Assembly: GCF_963676685.1 (NCBI RefSeq)
Contig: NC_092353.1
Coordinates: forward strand, 29,698,001 to 29,762,000
Length of the DNA stretch: 64,000 bases
Direction: 5' to 3'
Source: Mytilus edulis
Lineage: Eukaryota
The notes beneath the pieces are model-generated. The model saw nothing but the letters and a program-made list of their open reading frames with translations, was not told the origin of the DNA and made no database searches. This document shows positions 63,403 through 64,000 of this stretch, in pieces (positions within the stretch are counted from its first letter, which is position 1; each line of letters starts with the position of its first letter). The position numbers were made by a program, and so were the translations under genes.

Positions 63403-64000
63403 CTGAAAAATATAGACATGTTTAGCTGATTCATATGTAAAGGCATTTCCTTACCATTTTATTTTGAATACATTCATATTTGTACACACCTTTAACATTT
63501 TCATATTATATAAAACATTAAAAAGAGGAAGTGGTTGGTCTTTGAAAAAGAACTAGTTTAATCCCATTATGTTCATGTACCTAGTCTTATACCTGATTCT
63601 GTTACTGTTTTTTTGTTTGTTATGGTCTTTATTTCATTTTTTTTTTAATTTGGGAATTAAGCCAATCTTTGTTAGTGTTAACTTGTATATGGAGAGTTGT
63701 CTCATTAGCAATCATACCACATCTTCTTATATCTGTTTGTTAAATTTATTCAAAACTTTTTTGTAGCAATTAATAGTTTGAACTGTTTTTGGGATTCCTG
63801 CTTGTTTTTAAAAACCATGTGTTGCCCTCTGAATGTCTTTACTTATTTGTACTGTTGTGTTTTTGTCTCATTCATGTGTATACAACACATACCTTATTTA
63901 TGTTATTTTATAACAGACATTTATCAAATATATTTCTTATGCAGCATACTGACATCTAAAAGTAACTCAATTTAAAGTGTTAGGTGTTAAATCTCAATCT

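Overview
AT-rich eukaryotic genomic DNA with spliceosomal introns. The repeat families and gene types point to a bivalve mollusc, probably Mytilus (inference). Contents: (1) a near-complete but decayed Ngaro/DIRS-type tyrosine-recombinase retrotransposon (857-4655) inside a 5.45-kb block bounded by a perfect 56-bp direct repeat; (2) a 3-exon secreted coiled-coil + F-type lectin gene (+); (3) a Popeye-domain (POPDC/BVES family) gene with 7 coding exons (-); (4) a 16-exon, ~1400-aa secreted gene (+) with 8 ShKT domains, a long PTS mucin exon and a CILP-like C-terminus, whose introns hold a 5'-truncated RTE-X-like LINE and a same-strand nested DUF1647-like gene; (5) hammerhead-ribozyme retrozyme repeats, Penelope-like RT fragments, MITEs, a Gypsy remnant and a satellite-carrying element. 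The most notable observation is the apparent expression logic of the retrotransposon. Gag and RT/RNaseH are in one frame, separated by a UGA-CUAG readthrough context. The tyrosine recombinase frame has no AUG ahead of its conserved N-terminus, but a consensus GT-AG intron (1341-3598) that removes the whole RT joins it in frame to the Gag N-terminus. All calls were made by eye; no database searches were run.
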